A DNA stretch of 64,000 nucleotides from Thermogemmatispora carboxidivorans (lineage in GTDB: Bacteria > Chloroflexota > Ktedonobacteria > Ktedonobacterales > Ktedonobacteraceae): positions 4,686,327 to 4,750,326 of the forward strand of contig NZ_JNIM01000001.1 of NCBI RefSeq assembly GCF_000702505.1, in the 5' to 3' direction. The notes beneath the pieces were generated by a model. That model saw only the letters and a program-made list of their open reading frames with translations. It was not told the origin of the DNA and did no database searches. How positions within the stretch are numbered: position 1 is the stretch's first letter; every line of letters starts with the position of its first letter. Below are positions 53,742-63,974 of the stretch, piece by piece. The position numbers were made by a program, and so were the translations under genes.

Positions 53742-54788
53742 TCAGTAGCCGCTATATTCGCCTTTGGCCGTCACCTTGCCCCAGAAGAGCCGGTAGGTAA
53801 AGACAAAGTAGATCACGGCCAGGACAATGCCGATCATCCACCAGATCAGGCCGACCGTCAGTCCGTAAGGGCTGCCGGAAGCATTATAAATGGTCAGGCT
53901 ATGGGCCGGATCAACGGCGGGCAGTACGTCAGGATAAAGACCGAAGGCCGAGCTGGCCAGCATTCCAGCAATGAAAGCGCAAGAGGAGAAGAAGGCCGCC
54001 AGATCGCGATTGCGGAAGGCAAAATGGCCTATGCCCAACAAGCCCACAAAGGCGATCAGGGGGAAGATGGCCCCCCAGGGGCGGGCGTTGAAGCTGGCGT
54101 AGATCTGCGGCTGTACCGCGAAAGTGGCGATTGTGCTCACGATGGTCAGGACAATCGTCACCGGCCAGCTGATGCGCAGGATGCGTCGCGCACGCGCGTT
54201 GAGAGTGCCGTCGGTCTTGCGCGCGATGTAGGCCGATCCGTGCATGGTCAGGGTACTGGCGGCCATCAGGCCGATCAGGATGGTGTACCAGTCCAGGATG
54301 CCGGGGGTCTTGCTAAAGGGGTTGAAATCGGTCCACAGTGGCTCAAAGAAGACACCATGTGCATCCAGGGGCACGCCGCGGATCACATTGGCCAGGGCAG
54401 CGCCGTAGAAGATGGCCAGCAAGGTGCTGCCGAGAAAGAACATGCCGTCCCAGAAAGAGGCCCAGACAGGGCTGGGGACGCGCGAGCGCAGCTCAATGGA
54501 GACACCGCGCCACATCAGCAGCCAGAGTACAATACAGAGCGGCAGATAGAAGCCGCTGAAGCTAGAGGCATAGAGCACCGGGAAGGTGAAGAAGAGGGTA
54601 CCGCCGGCGGCGATAATCCAGACCTCGTTTCCGTCCCAGACTGGACCTATGGCGCGCAGAATCAGGCGCCGTTCCTGGTCGCTGCGGGCAGCGATCAGGT
54701 GAATGATGCCGGCGCCCAGGTCGAAGCCGTCCAGCAGGACGTACATCGTCAACATAAAGGCGACAAGAATGAACCAGAGTGTTGCCAT
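53742..54788 (-). CDS. cydB: Cytochrome bd ubiquinol oxidase subunit II
   Basis: MATLWFILVAFMLTMYVLLDGFDLGAGII... is the CydB N-terminus (DGFDLG). Multi-TM. Confidence 0.85.
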   Translation of the reverse strand: MATLWFILVAFMLTMYVLLDGFDLGAGIIHLIAARSDQERRLILRAIGPVWDGNEVWIIAAGGTLFFTFPVLYASSFSGFYLPLCIVLWLLMWRGVSIELRSRVPSPVWASFWDGMFFLGSTLLAIFYGAALANVIRGVPLDAHGVFFEPLWTDFNPFSKTPGILDWYTILIGLMAASTLTMHGSAYIARKTDGTLNARARRILRISWPVTIVLTIVSTIATFAVQPQIYASFNARPWGAIFPLIAFVGLLGIGHFAFRNRDLAAFFSSCAFIAGMLASSAFGLYPDVLPAVDPAHSLTIYNASGSPYGLTVGLIWWMIGIVLAVIYFVFTYRLFWGKVTAKGEYSGY

Positions 54789-54812
54789 CAGCCTTGACCT
54801 CCCTCGCTCAGC

Positions 54813-56207
54813 TCAACCTTCTGCCACCGTACCGGTGGCCAGGCCGGGCAGACCGCCCTCTTCCGCGACCTCGGTCTCCTCTCCCTCGCCGCTCTCCGGC
54901 CCCTTGAGGGCCTCGGTAACTGAGAGAACCACGTAGAGCAGACCGAGCAACAGGTACATACCGGCAAAGCCGATCAGGGTAAAAAGCACGTTGCCCGCCG
55001 AAAGGTTGGCCGACGAGCCTTGCGCCGTCGGTAAGAGGCCGTAGATGATCCACGGCTGGCGGCCCAGCTCGGTGGTGAACCATCCGGCAGTATTGGCAAT
55101 CACCGGGAACGGCATCGCCAGCATTAAGATCCACAGCATCCAGCGCGTCGTGAAGAGGCGCCGTTTCCAGAGCCAGAGCAGGCAGGCTACCCCCATGATC
55201 GGTATAAAGAAGGTGCCCAGGCCAACCATGATGTGATAGCTGTAGTAGAGCAGCTCGATCGAATCAGGTCGCTGACTCGGCGGAAACGCATCCAGACCTG
55301 TGACTACCGCCTCCCAACGGCGATAGGTCAGGAAGCTCAGCACCTTGGGCACAATCAGCGGGTTGTCAAGCTGGCCAGTCGCTGTATTGGGCTGACCGAG
55401 AATGACGATGCCGGCCCCCTGCTCGGTATGAAAGAGACCCTCAAAGGCCGCCAGCTTGGCCGGTTGATATTTAGCTACCTGCTGGCCCTCCAGGTCGCCG
55501 CTGGGATAGAGCTGGATGATGCTGGCGATCAGGCCGACAATGACTCCCAGCGTCACAAAGATGCGCCCGTAGTCAACGTGGCTCTTGGAGAGCAGATAGT
55601 AGGCCCCCAGGCCGGCCATGATGAAGGCCCCCGTGATCACAGCCCCACTCATGGTGTGCAGATACTGGGGAAAGATCCACGGATTGAACAAGACTTCCCA
55701 GTAGTTGGAGATGTGCAGGCGGTTGCCGACGATGGTGTAGCCTACGGGGTGCTGCATCCAGGCATTGGAGGCCACAATGAAGGCACCAGAGGCCCAGGTA
55801 CCCAACCAGACCATGACGGAGGCAAACCAGTGCACCTTTTGCCCAAAGACCTTCTCGCCGAAGAGAAAGACGCCGAGAAAGGCTGACTCCAGGAAGAAGG
55901 CAAAGGCTCCTTCCATCGCCAGAGTCTGGGCGATGATGTCTCCAGCATAGGCCGAGAAGCGCGCCCAGTTAGTGCCAAACTGGAACTCCATCGGGATGCC
56001 GGTGACAACGCCCAGCACAAAGCTGGTGGCAAAGATCTTGGCCCAGAAACGGGCGCTGATGTTGTAGCGCTCTTCCTTCTTGATCAGGTAGAGTGTCTTT
56101 AAGAGCACGATCAAGAAGGCTAACCCCATTGTGATCTGGGGGAAGATATAGTGATAGCCTACGGTGAAGGCGAATTGTACGCGCGATAAGATGGTCGATA
56201 GGTCCAT
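54813..56207 (-). CDS. cydA: Cytochrome bd ubiquinol oxidase subunit I
   Basis: ATG at 56207. MDLSTILSRVQFAFTVGYHYIFPQITMGLAFL... is the CydA N-terminus with heme-ligand His. Q-loop region present. Confidence 0.9.
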   Translation of the reverse strand: MDLSTILSRVQFAFTVGYHYIFPQITMGLAFLIVLLKTLYLIKKEERYNISARFWAKIFATSFVLGVVTGIPMEFQFGTNWARFSAYAGDIIAQTLAMEGAFAFFLESAFLGVFLFGEKVFGQKVHWFASVMVWLGTWASGAFIVASNAWMQHPVGYTIVGNRLHISNYWEVLFNPWIFPQYLHTMSGAVITGAFIMAGLGAYYLLSKSHVDYGRIFVTLGVIVGLIASIIQLYPSGDLEGQQVAKYQPAKLAAFEGLFHTEQGAGIVILGQPNTATGQLDNPLIVPKVLSFLTYRRWEAVVTGLDAFPPSQRPDSIELLYYSYHIMVGLGTFFIPIMGVACLLWLWKRRLFTTRWMLWILMLAMPFPVIANTAGWFTTELGRQPWIIYGLLPTAQGSSANLSAGNVLFTLIGFAGMYLLLGLLYVVLSVTEALKGPESGEGEETEVAEEGGLPGLATGTVAEG

Positions 56208-56294
56208 ATGCAGACCAAACCTCCCACGAACTAACCGAAACGCCACTGCTACGACGCTGGAACCCACAGCCAGCCAGGATGGCGTACGGCTCAC

Positions 56295-58061
56295 TCAGGC
56301 CACAGGCAACAGGGCGTTTTGCACTTCCCACAAACGTCGATAGAGGCCGCCTTGCGCCAGCAGTTGCTCGTGTCTGCCCCGCTCGACAATGCGCCCTCCA
56401 TCCAGGACGAGAATTTCATCCATGCGCTCCATGTGCAGGAGACGATGGGTTACGAGCAGCGTTGTGCGACCTTGCATCAATCTATCCAGCGCCTCAAACA
56501 GGGCCTGCTCGGTAAGACGGTCCAGGTTTGCGGTAACTTCATCGAGCAAGAGCAGCGGCGCATCCTTGAGCAGGGCGCGAGCAATGGCCAGGCGCTGGCG
56601 TTCGCCGCCCGACAGCTTGAGGCCCTGCTCGCCGACCCAGGTGTCGAGGCCGGCGGGCAACTGGCGCACGAAATCGTCAAGCTGAGCCACCTCCAGGACG
56701 CGCCAGAGCTGCTCTTCGGTAGCGGAGGGCGCAGCCAGACGGAGATTGCCACGAATGGTGTCGTTGAAAAGGTAGGTCTCCTGCGTCACGACGCCCATCA
56801 GGCGGCGCAGATCAGCCAGCCCAAAACCCCGAATGTCCTGGCCCGCGAGCAGGATGCGCCCCTCTTGCGGGTCCCAGAAGCGCAAGGCCAGGCGGAGCAG
56901 GGTACTTTTGCCGGCGCCGCTGGGACCAACGATCGCCACGCGCGCGCCAGCCGGGACACAGAAGGAGATGTGCGCCAGGGTGAGCTGATGCCCTGCCTCT
57001 TCGTAGCGAAAGGTGACGTTCTCAAAGGCTAGCTCCAGCGATCTGCTGGTCGGGACAGGCAGCGGCTGCCCAGGATCGCTGACGGCGGGCGGGGTATCGA
57101 TGATCCGAAAGAGGCGCTCGCCGGCGGCCAGCGAGTGGCCAAGCTGCCCGAAGGCTTGAGCCAGCGGCGTGATGGCTTCAAAAGCTGCCAGCACCAGCAT
57201 GGCCAGAAAGCCCAGGTAGACGCTATTGATCTGGCTGGTCGCCGCCAGAGGAATGGCGAGCAGCAAGACTGACCAGACCGCCAGGCCCGTGAGCAGCTCC
57301 TGCAGCCCTTCTTGCAGGCCACCAGCCACGGCCAGCCGCTGCTGAAGCCGGTCGAGCCGCCTCTCCCAGGCGGCCAGCTGCTCGCGCCGCTGCTCTGCCT
57401 GACCATAGGCCAGCAGGTCGCTCATCCCTTGCAGGCTTTCCACGAGGTGGACGTTCACCCGACCACGCAGCGCCAACTGCTCACGTCCCAGGCCACGCGT
57501 CAGACGGAGGGCCAGCAATGGCAACCCCAGGCCGCTGATGAGCAGGAAGAAGAGGGCCGCCAGGGCCAGGACCGTATTGAAAATCGCCAGGAGCCAGCAG
57601 GTAATGACCGTGACCAGTGCCGCCACCAGCACCGGCGCCACTACGCGCAGGTAGAGATTCTGGAGTTCGTCAACGTCGGAGACCAGACGCGCCAGCACAT
57701 CGCCGCTGCGCCACTGCCAGAGGCGCGCCGGTGCCAGCGGGGCCAGTCGGCGATAAACAGTCACCCGCAGATGCGCCAGCAGGCGGAAGGTGACGTTATG
57801 CGAGAGCAAACGCTCGCCATAGCGAGCGGCAGCCCGCACCAGGCCCATCAAGCGCACGATCGCAATTGGGATGCTCAGCAGGACGATCATGGCCACGATG
57901 GCTGCCCCGGCGATCAGGTAGGCGGCCATGCTCAACAAGAGCATACTGGCCACGACCATGACTCCGCCCAAGAGGACTGTCACAACGATCTGCAGCGTAA
58001 AGGGACGGAGAAAGGCCAACAGGCGCCAGGCCGTTCTCGTTGTTGATCGTTTGCTGGTCAT
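56295..58061 (-). CDS. cydC: ABC transporter permease/ATPase, CydC-type (thiol/glutathione-cysteine exporter needed for bd oxidase assembly)
   Basis: 6-TM domain + NBD with Walker A GPSGAGKST, signature LSGGERQR and Walker B LLLLDE. It overlaps the upstream paralog by 4 nt. Confidence 0.78.
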   Translation of the reverse strand: MTSKRSTTRTAWRLLAFLRPFTLQIVVTVLLGGVMVVASMLLLSMAAYLIAGAAIVAMIVLLSIPIAIVRLMGLVRAAARYGERLLSHNVTFRLLAHLRVTVYRRLAPLAPARLWQWRSGDVLARLVSDVDELQNLYLRVVAPVLVAALVTVITCWLLAIFNTVLALAALFFLLISGLGLPLLALRLTRGLGREQLALRGRVNVHLVESLQGMSDLLAYGQAEQRREQLAAWERRLDRLQQRLAVAGGLQEGLQELLTGLAVWSVLLLAIPLAATSQINSVYLGFLAMLVLAAFEAITPLAQAFGQLGHSLAAGERLFRIIDTPPAVSDPGQPLPVPTSRSLELAFENVTFRYEEAGHQLTLAHISFCVPAGARVAIVGPSGAGKSTLLRLALRFWDPQEGRILLAGQDIRGFGLADLRRLMGVVTQETYLFNDTIRGNLRLAAPSATEEQLWRVLEVAQLDDFVRQLPAGLDTWVGEQGLKLSGGERQRLAIARALLKDAPLLLLDEVTANLDRLTEQALFEALDRLMQGRTTLLVTHRLLHMERMDEILVLDGGRIVERGRHEQLLAQGGLYRRLWEVQNALLPVA

Positions 58062-59824
58062 AGGGCCTCGGCCTCCTTCTCGGGCACGGCTCCGGCTTCC
58101 TGCAGCCGGGCCGTCATCAATTGCGCATAGGCGCTCGTGGACTGCTGCAGCAGGGCCGCAGGCTGGCCAGATTCGACTAGGTGTCCACTGTCAAGGACAA
58201 GGACCTGATCGGCAGCGGCCACCGTGTTGATGCGATGGGCAATGACTAGAACCGTGCACTGACGGCGCAGGCGAGCCAGAGCCGCACTCAACAGGGCCTC
58301 ACTCTCAGGATCAAGGCTAGAGCTTGGCTCATCCAGGATCAGGAGCGGCGCCTGCTTTAAGAAAGCCCGCGCCAGGGCGAGACGCTGAAGCTGACCGGCA
58401 CTCAGCCGCAGACCTTGCTCGCCCACCTCGGTGTCATAGCCCGCCGGCAGCTCACGAATGAAGTCCGCCGCGCCCGCCAGTTCGGCAGCACGCTCCACCT
58501 CCGCGTCGCTGGCCCCAGGTCGCGCCAGACGAATGTTGTCGCGCACGCTGCCACTAAAGAGGTAGGGACGCTGCGGCACCAGCGCTACGTACTCCCGCCA
58601 GAGATCCGCCGGCAGGCGATCCAGAGATAAGCCATTAACCAGGATGGCCCCACTCTCGATCTCCATGAAGCGCAGTAACAGATTGACCAGCGTGCTCTTG
58701 CCCGCGCCGCTGCGGCCAACCAGAGCCGTGCAGGCACCCGCAGGCAGGGTAAAGCTCACATTTTGCAGGGCCGGGCGCTCGCTCCCAGCATAGCGACAGG
58801 TCACGTGCTCACAGGTGATCGTCAAGGGAGCAGCAGACCACGACGGCGCAATGGCTTCGCCCGGTTCGCTGACCGGCGGCATAGCAGCCAGGATCTCTCG
58901 CATGCGTCTGGCCGCAACTCGCCCCTCCATGCCGGCATGATATTGCGTGCCCAATTCACGTAGCGGTCGATAGAATTCAGGAATGAGTAATAAGACAAGA
59001 AAAGCTTGTTCAAAGGGTATCTCGCGATTGATCAGACGCACACCCAGAAAGACAGCAATCAGACCAATAGCCAGCATGGTCATGAATTCCAGGACTGCGC
59101 CCGAGAGAAAGGCGTAGCGCAGTACTTTGAGAGTGCGACGACGATATTCATCACTCAGTCGGGCCACGTGCGCTTCCTGGGCGCCGCTGCGACCAAAGAG
59201 ATGAAGGGTCAGCAGTCCCTGGATGGTATCGAGAAAGTGCGCGCTCAGCCGCGCCAGGGTCGTCCATTGGCGCTGAATATGTTTCTGGGAATAGCTCCCC
59301 ACCGCAATCATCAGGATGGGGATGACAGGGCCAGTGATCAGCAAGAGCATGGCGCTGAGATGATCCAGCGGCCAGATAATGACCAACAAGAGGAGCGGGA
59401 TAACCAGGCTCCAGACGGTCTGCGGCAGGTAGCGAGCCACATAGGTCTCCAGGCGCTCGCAGCCCTCATTGAGGATGGCAACCAGCTCTCCACTGCGCTC
59501 GCCGCGTACGAAGAGAGGACCTAGACGCAGCAGATGCGCAAAGAGACGGCGCCGCATCTCGCTTTTGACCCGACTGCCAGCCCGACGCGCGCTGAATTCG
59601 CGCAGCCAGACGAGAGCAGCCCGCAAGCCGATGATCACGAGCAGGGCTATGAGGGCTGGCCCGACCTGCTGCAGATCAGCATGGCCAAGAAAGACACGCG
59701 CGATAACCCAGCTGAGCAAGGCCATCTGCCCCACAGTGGCCAGGAGCGCCAGCAGGCCCGCCAGGACACTCAGCGCTAACGGCCAGCGCGCCGCAGTACA
59801 GTAGCGCAATATCTGCTTCTCCAT
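58058..59824 (-). CDS. cydD: ABC transporter permease/ATPase, CydD-type
   Basis: ATG at 59824 (MEKQILRYCTAARW...). NBD Walker A GRSGAGKST, signature LSAGQLQR and Walker B LLILDE. Confidence 0.78.
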   Translation of the reverse strand: MEKQILRYCTAARWPLALSVLAGLLALLATVGQMALLSWVIARVFLGHADLQQVGPALIALLVIIGLRAALVWLREFSARRAGSRVKSEMRRRLFAHLLRLGPLFVRGERSGELVAILNEGCERLETYVARYLPQTVWSLVIPLLLLVIIWPLDHLSAMLLLITGPVIPILMIAVGSYSQKHIQRQWTTLARLSAHFLDTIQGLLTLHLFGRSGAQEAHVARLSDEYRRRTLKVLRYAFLSGAVLEFMTMLAIGLIAVFLGVRLINREIPFEQAFLVLLLIPEFYRPLRELGTQYHAGMEGRVAARRMREILAAMPPVSEPGEAIAPSWSAAPLTITCEHVTCRYAGSERPALQNVSFTLPAGACTALVGRSGAGKSTLVNLLLRFMEIESGAILVNGLSLDRLPADLWREYVALVPQRPYLFSGSVRDNIRLARPGASDAEVERAAELAGAADFIRELPAGYDTEVGEQGLRLSAGQLQRLALARAFLKQAPLLILDEPSSSLDPESEALLSAALARLRRQCTVLVIAHRINTVAAADQVLVLDSGHLVESGQPAALLQQSTSAYAQLMTARLQEAGAVPEKEAEAL

Positions 59825-60291
59825 CGCACTCCTCTTGGCAAAATCAGCTATCCGATCTCTCAGGTCTCTCAGATGTGCTCTCAACACCCTATACTCTAGC
59901 GCAATCCCAGGCCCCTGCAATCGGGGGAGAACCTGAACTTTTTTGCGGAGAATACCGTATCCGCTCTGTCCTGAGAAATAGTAGAACACCTGAGAGGCAA
60001 AGTTGCAACGCCGCCGGGCAATCGAGAAAAGGCTCAGGCTCTTTTGTGAGGGGACCGTAAGGCCTCTCACCAGAGGCGGGCGAGCAGGAGAATAGACAAG
60101 CCCCTTGAGCAGCTATCAAAACTCTCACGTTTCAGCAGTGTTAAGAAAGCAATAAAAGATCTGTGAAATTGTGCCTGGCCACAGGAGCCATCTCTCGGTA
60201 GAATGGCTGGCACAGAGACCAGGAAAGGCCAGTAACTCTGACTGATCTGAAATCACTAGAAGTGGAGTAGTCAAGAAAGAGAGACTTTCAC

Positions 60292-60906
60292 ATGATCGAC
60301 TGGTACCATCTCGTACTCTTCTTGCATATTCTGGGCACCCTCGGCCTCTTCATGGGGATAGCCGTACAGTTGATTGGCATGCTGAGAGCACGCCAGGCCC
60401 AGAGCGTAGAGGCTGTCCGTCTCTGGAGCAGCATGCTCCGGCCCCTAGGGAGATTTATGCCGCTGGCGTCCTTGCTCATCTTTTTCGCTGGCCTGGCCTT
60501 GTTGCTGGGGTCCTGGGGCTGGAGCCACGCCTGGCTCGATGTCTCGCTGGTTCTCTTTCTGCTCGCTGGCCTGGCGACCGCTCACGTCAATAGCACTCAT
60601 GGGCACCGCCTCGGCGCTCTGCTGGCAGGCTCCGGAGCAGGACCGGTTAGCCCAGAGCTGCGCCAGATCCTGACGCATCCGCTACCCTGGACTACGACGA
60701 TCACAAACTCGATCCTGGCCATCGGCATCCTCTTCCTGATGGTCATAAAGCCAGGTTGGCTCGGCTCGCTCCTGACAGTTGCCGCGGCCTTCGTCATCGG
60801 CGCGATCATCTCGGGTCTGGTGATCCGCCAGGGGAGAAACGATCCAGCCATGACTCCCCAGGATCAGGGACCGCTTCCGGCTTCACAGACCGCCAACCAG
60901 CGCTGA
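60292..60906 (+). CDS. Hypothetical integral membrane protein (4-5 TM helices)
   Basis: MIDWYHLVLFLHILGTLGLFMGIAVQLI..., with hydrophobic helices throughout. Confidence 0.5.
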   Translation: MIDWYHLVLFLHILGTLGLFMGIAVQLIGMLRARQAQSVEAVRLWSSMLRPLGRFMPLASLLIFFAGLALLLGSWGWSHAWLDVSLVLFLLAGLATAHVNSTHGHRLGALLAGSGAGPVSPELRQILTHPLPWTTTITNSILAIGILFLMVIKPGWLGSLLTVAAAFVIGAIISGLVIRQGRNDPAMTPQDQGPLPASQTANQR

Positions 60907-61111
60907 GGCAGGAGATCTGCCAGCCAGCCCTTTGGTTGTCTACGTAACCACGCTCATAGGGCAGATCTTGCTCAGGAGCCTGCCGCCAGGCTGACACCAG
61001 CCAGCAGGCTCAGGCAGCTCTGGCCAGGTTCTCTCGCTCCCGAAAAAAGGGTGTTGACTAATTGAGCCACCCGCGTTATAATAGTGTCGCAAGCCGTTGT
61101 GAGAGCCACAT

Positions 61112-61183
61112 TCCTCGATAGCTCAACGGTAGAGCAACCGGCTGTTAACCGGTGGGTTGCAGGTTCGAATCCTGCTCGAGGAG
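61112..61183 (+). tRNA. tRNA-Asn (anticodon GTT)
   Basis: Cloverleaf read manually: acceptor TCCTCGA/TCGAGGA, D-arm GCTC-AACGGTA-GAGC, anticodon arm ACCGG-CTGTTAA-CCGGT (GTT), T-arm GCAGG-TTCGAAT-CCTGC, discriminator G. No encoded CCA. Confidence 0.85.
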
Positions 61184-61196
61184 CCTCACAAGAAGT

Positions 61197-61235
61197 GAGC
61201 CACAGAAGTCAGTGCTTCTGTGGCTCTTCTTTTTG
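61197..61235 (+). terminator. Intrinsic terminator after tRNA-Asn
   Basis: GAGCCACAGAAG-tcagtg-CTTCTGTGGCTC hairpin followed by TTCTTTTTG. Confidence 0.55.
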
Positions 61236-61293
61236 CCGGCGCTGGCCTGCCTGTTTTTTTGGGGGCCATCGCTTCTCTCCAGAAGCGAGCCGC

Positions 61294-62187
61294 TCACCCC
61301 TCTGCTGGCCCAGCGCGGTGCTGGTCCTCGCCGCGCTCGACCGAGCCTGCGGCCAGATTGCCTTCTTCAGCCTCGGTCGGCGGGCTACCGGTCTCGGCGA
61401 AAATCGGGCGCAGCTCGCTGATAGTCGGCGGGCGACTTCCTGCTCCCCCGCGCCGCAGCAGGCAGAGCCGATAGCTGACACGATCAGGCCGATAGTAGCG
61501 CTCCTGTATGTAAATAGGGGCATTCCCCCCCGTGCAAGAGAGGCGACGGATCAGTAACAGCGCGGCACCCACCGGCACCTCCAGCAGGCGGGCCTGCTCG
61601 GGCGTAGCATTGGCCGCCGTGATCTCAAAGGTCCCTGCCTCAATGGGGATGCCATAGCGCGACTCTAGCAGGTGATAGATCGTCTCGCGGCCCAGCTCCT
61701 CCTCGGGCAAGAGTACGCCAAAACGCATCGGTAGCCAGGTCACATCGAAAGCCATAGGCCGGCCATTGGCCAGGCGCAGACGATCGAGGCGCATCACCTC
61801 CTCGCCCTCGCGCAGGCCCAAGGCGCTGGCCACCGCCCGGCTGGCCGCCTCGCGCTGGAAGGCCAGAACACGCGAGGATGGCTCAAGGCCAGCTAGCTCC
61901 ATGTCCTCGACAAAATCGGTCAGACGGACAAGGCTCTGCTCGACGCGCTGCTCGGCTACATAGGTACCTTTCCCATGACGCCGCACGACCAGGCCCTCGT
62001 CTTCCAATTCGTTGAGGGCCTGACGCACGGTAATGCGGCTGACTCCGTACGTTTGCATCAGCTCCTGCTCGGTCGGTAGGCGATCACCAGGACGATAAAC
62101 GCCGCGCTCAATCCCGCCACGCAGAATCTGCTTGAGCTGGTGATAAAGCGGCGTCGGCCCCGGCATCAATTGCTGTGGTGTTGGCAT
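61294..62187 (-). CDS. GntR/HutC-family transcriptional regulator with UTRA effector domain
   Basis: ATG at 62187 (MPTPQQLMPGPTPLYHQLKQIL...). wHTH ...LPTEQELMQTYGVSRITVRQALNELEDEGLVVRRHGKGTYV, then a UTRA-like C-terminal domain. Confidence 0.78.
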   Translation of the reverse strand: MPTPQQLMPGPTPLYHQLKQILRGGIERGVYRPGDRLPTEQELMQTYGVSRITVRQALNELEDEGLVVRRHGKGTYVAEQRVEQSLVRLTDFVEDMELAGLEPSSRVLAFQREAASRAVASALGLREGEEVMRLDRLRLANGRPMAFDVTWLPMRFGVLLPEEELGRETIYHLLESRYGIPIEAGTFEITAANATPEQARLLEVPVGAALLLIRRLSCTGGNAPIYIQERYYRPDRVSYRLCLLRRGGAGSRPPTISELRPIFAETGSPPTEAEEGNLAAGSVERGEDQHRAGPAEG

Positions 62188-62296
62188 ACTTCTCCTCAGC
62201 CTGGCCCAGTTCGCTTCCGTGGCAATGGTTATGACGATATGCTCACTGCGGAACACTCCCCTCATTATAGGATATCAGAGCACGTGCGGCAAGCCA

Positions 62297-62707
62297 TTAT
62301 GCGGAAGGAGCGCTGAGTGGAGCAAGTGCAGCGAGGGCACGCTGTAGCCGCCCTCTCGCCTCCTGCGCGATCTGTGCGAGCTGCGCGTTGCCGCTCACCG
62401 CCAGCATGGCCTGGGGATCGGCGATCTCGACCCGACTGCCGTCAGCAACGGCGCGCACGACGACATTGCAGGGCAGCAGGAGGCCGATCTCCGGTTCGAT
62501 CTCCAGGGCCCGCTGAGCCAGGTGGGGATTGCAGGCCCCCAGAATGACGTAGGGGACAGTCTCCAGCCCGAGCTTGTCGCGCAGCGTGCGCCGCACGTCA
62601 ATCTCAGTCAGGACCCCAAAGCCCTCCGCCTTGAGGGCCTCCTTGACACGCTCAATAGCCTGCTCATACGGTACAGAGAGCGTAGTACCAAAACCATAGG
62701 TCGCCAT
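62297..62707 (-). CDS. DUF302-domain protein
   Basis: ATG at 62707 (MATYGFGTTLSVPYEQAIERVKEALKAEGFGVLTEIDV...). The ORF track's N-terminal 73 aa are likely untranslated. Confidence 0.6.
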   Translation of the reverse strand: MATYGFGTTLSVPYEQAIERVKEALKAEGFGVLTEIDVRRTLRDKLGLETVPYVILGACNPHLAQRALEIEPEIGLLLPCNVVVRAVADGSRVEIADPQAMLAVSGNAQLAQIAQEARGRLQRALAALAPLSAPSA

Positions 62708-62958
62708 CGCTTTTCTCCCTCCTTTTCTGTTTACACTATTATCGCAGCAGCGATTGACACATTTGTCGACCTGCTGCTCGTCGGTCCGCTCCGCTTGACC
62801 GCTGTAGACACAGCTACCAGATGGACGTTTTTCTGCTCTCTCGCGCACACGCGCAGGCAGCAAGCCAGCGAACGGAAGCGCAGACCGGGCAGCAGGCGAG
62901 AGGAGAAGGCAAGGGCCGCATAGCAACGGCGGACTGGGCTGGCTGCGAGCGCCCGGCT

Positions 62959-63450
62959 CTACTGACGCAGACGGAGGTCCGGGCCGGCGGCCTCGCCCTC
63001 CTCTATCGGCTGCTCCTCCAGGGTCAACCCTGACCCAAGCTGGAGAGTTTGGGCCAGCGTCGTAAAACGCTCCTGGACGCCAGCACAGACAATGTCACAC
63101 AGGGTCAGGACACTAGGGTCGGCCAGGGCATAGTAAATGCTGGTGCCAACCTTGCGCCGCTTGACTAGTCCTCCCTGCATGAGGGCTGCCAGATGCTTCG
63201 AAACATTCGGCTGGCTGGCCCCCGTCAGGGCAACCAGCTCGCCAACACTGCGCTCACCCCCCGTGAGGGCCGCCAGGAGCTTGAGACGCAGTGGCTCCCC
63301 CAGGAGACGGAAGCGCGCCGCAATAAGCTCAAGCAGCGGATCGGGAAAGCCTCCTTCGCTGCTGATCTGCTTCCAGCGCGTTGCGCTCTCGGGGTCAAGC
63401 GGCTGCCGCTCCTCCCTTCCTTGAACCGGCTGCAGTCTCTCCTTTGTCAA
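62959..63450 (-). CDS. ArsR/SmtB-family metalloregulator-type transcriptional repressor
   Basis: ...LGEPLRLKLLAALTGGERSVGELVALTGASQPNVSKHLAALMQGGLVKRRKVGTSIYYAL... is an ArsR wHTH. The Cys pair LCDIVC lies in the C-terminal region. Confidence 0.78.
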   Translation of the reverse strand: MTKERLQPVQGREERQPLDPESATRWKQISSEGGFPDPLLELIAARFRLLGEPLRLKLLAALTGGERSVGELVALTGASQPNVSKHLAALMQGGLVKRRKVGTSIYYALADPSVLTLCDIVCAGVQERFTTLAQTLQLGSGLTLEEQPIEEGEAAGPDLRLRQ

Positions 63451-63620
63451 GATGCTCTCCTTTCTCGCTGCGAGTACTGGTCAACGGGTGAAAATCCATC
63501 GCCAACCACTTGACTTAATGACTATATAGTAATATAATTAGAAAGGAAAGTCAAGGAGAGCGAAGGCCACGAAAGACAGACCGCCTTCCCTGAAAGCGAG
63601 CGAAAGAGAGAGCAAAGCCA

Positions 63621-63974
63621 ATGTTTGAACGCTTCCTACGACGCGCTGAAGAAGCGCAGACCGTGCCGACGATTGCTGTCCGCGAAGCCTGGGAGCGCCT
63701 GGCGCGCGCGGATGGCGAGACTGTCTTGATAGATGTGCGCGAGCCGTGGGAATATCGCAGCGGCCATGCGCCGCGCGCTGTCAATATTCCCCTCGGACAA
63801 CTGGCTGCCCGCGTCAACGAGGTACCGCGCGATCGCGAGGTGCTGCTGATCTGCCTGAGTGGTCACCGCAGCGCTCAGGCAGCCAGGCTGCTTCAACGTT
63901 TGGGCCTCTCGCGCGTCGTCAATATCAAAGGCGGGATCACGAGCTGGCGCCTGCATGGGCTACCTATCGAATAG
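63621..63974 (+). CDS. Single-domain rhodanese (sulfurtransferase)
   Basis: ...LIDVREPWEYRSGHAPRAVNIPL...VLLICLSGHRSAQAARLL... has the active-site Cys in the CLSGHRS loop. It is divergent from the ArsR gene. Confidence 0.82.
   Translation: MFERFLRRAEEAQTVPTIAVREAWERLARADGETVLIDVREPWEYRSGHAPRAVNIPLGQLAARVNEVPRDREVLLICLSGHRSAQAARLLQRLGLSRVVNIKGGITSWRLHGLPIE

Noticed and set aside
61112-63974. Possible integrated element at the tRNA-Asn 3' flank
   Set aside because: No integrase, excisionase, direct repeat of the tRNA 3' end, or compositional shift was seen downstream. Flanking genes are ordinary regulators and a rhodanese.
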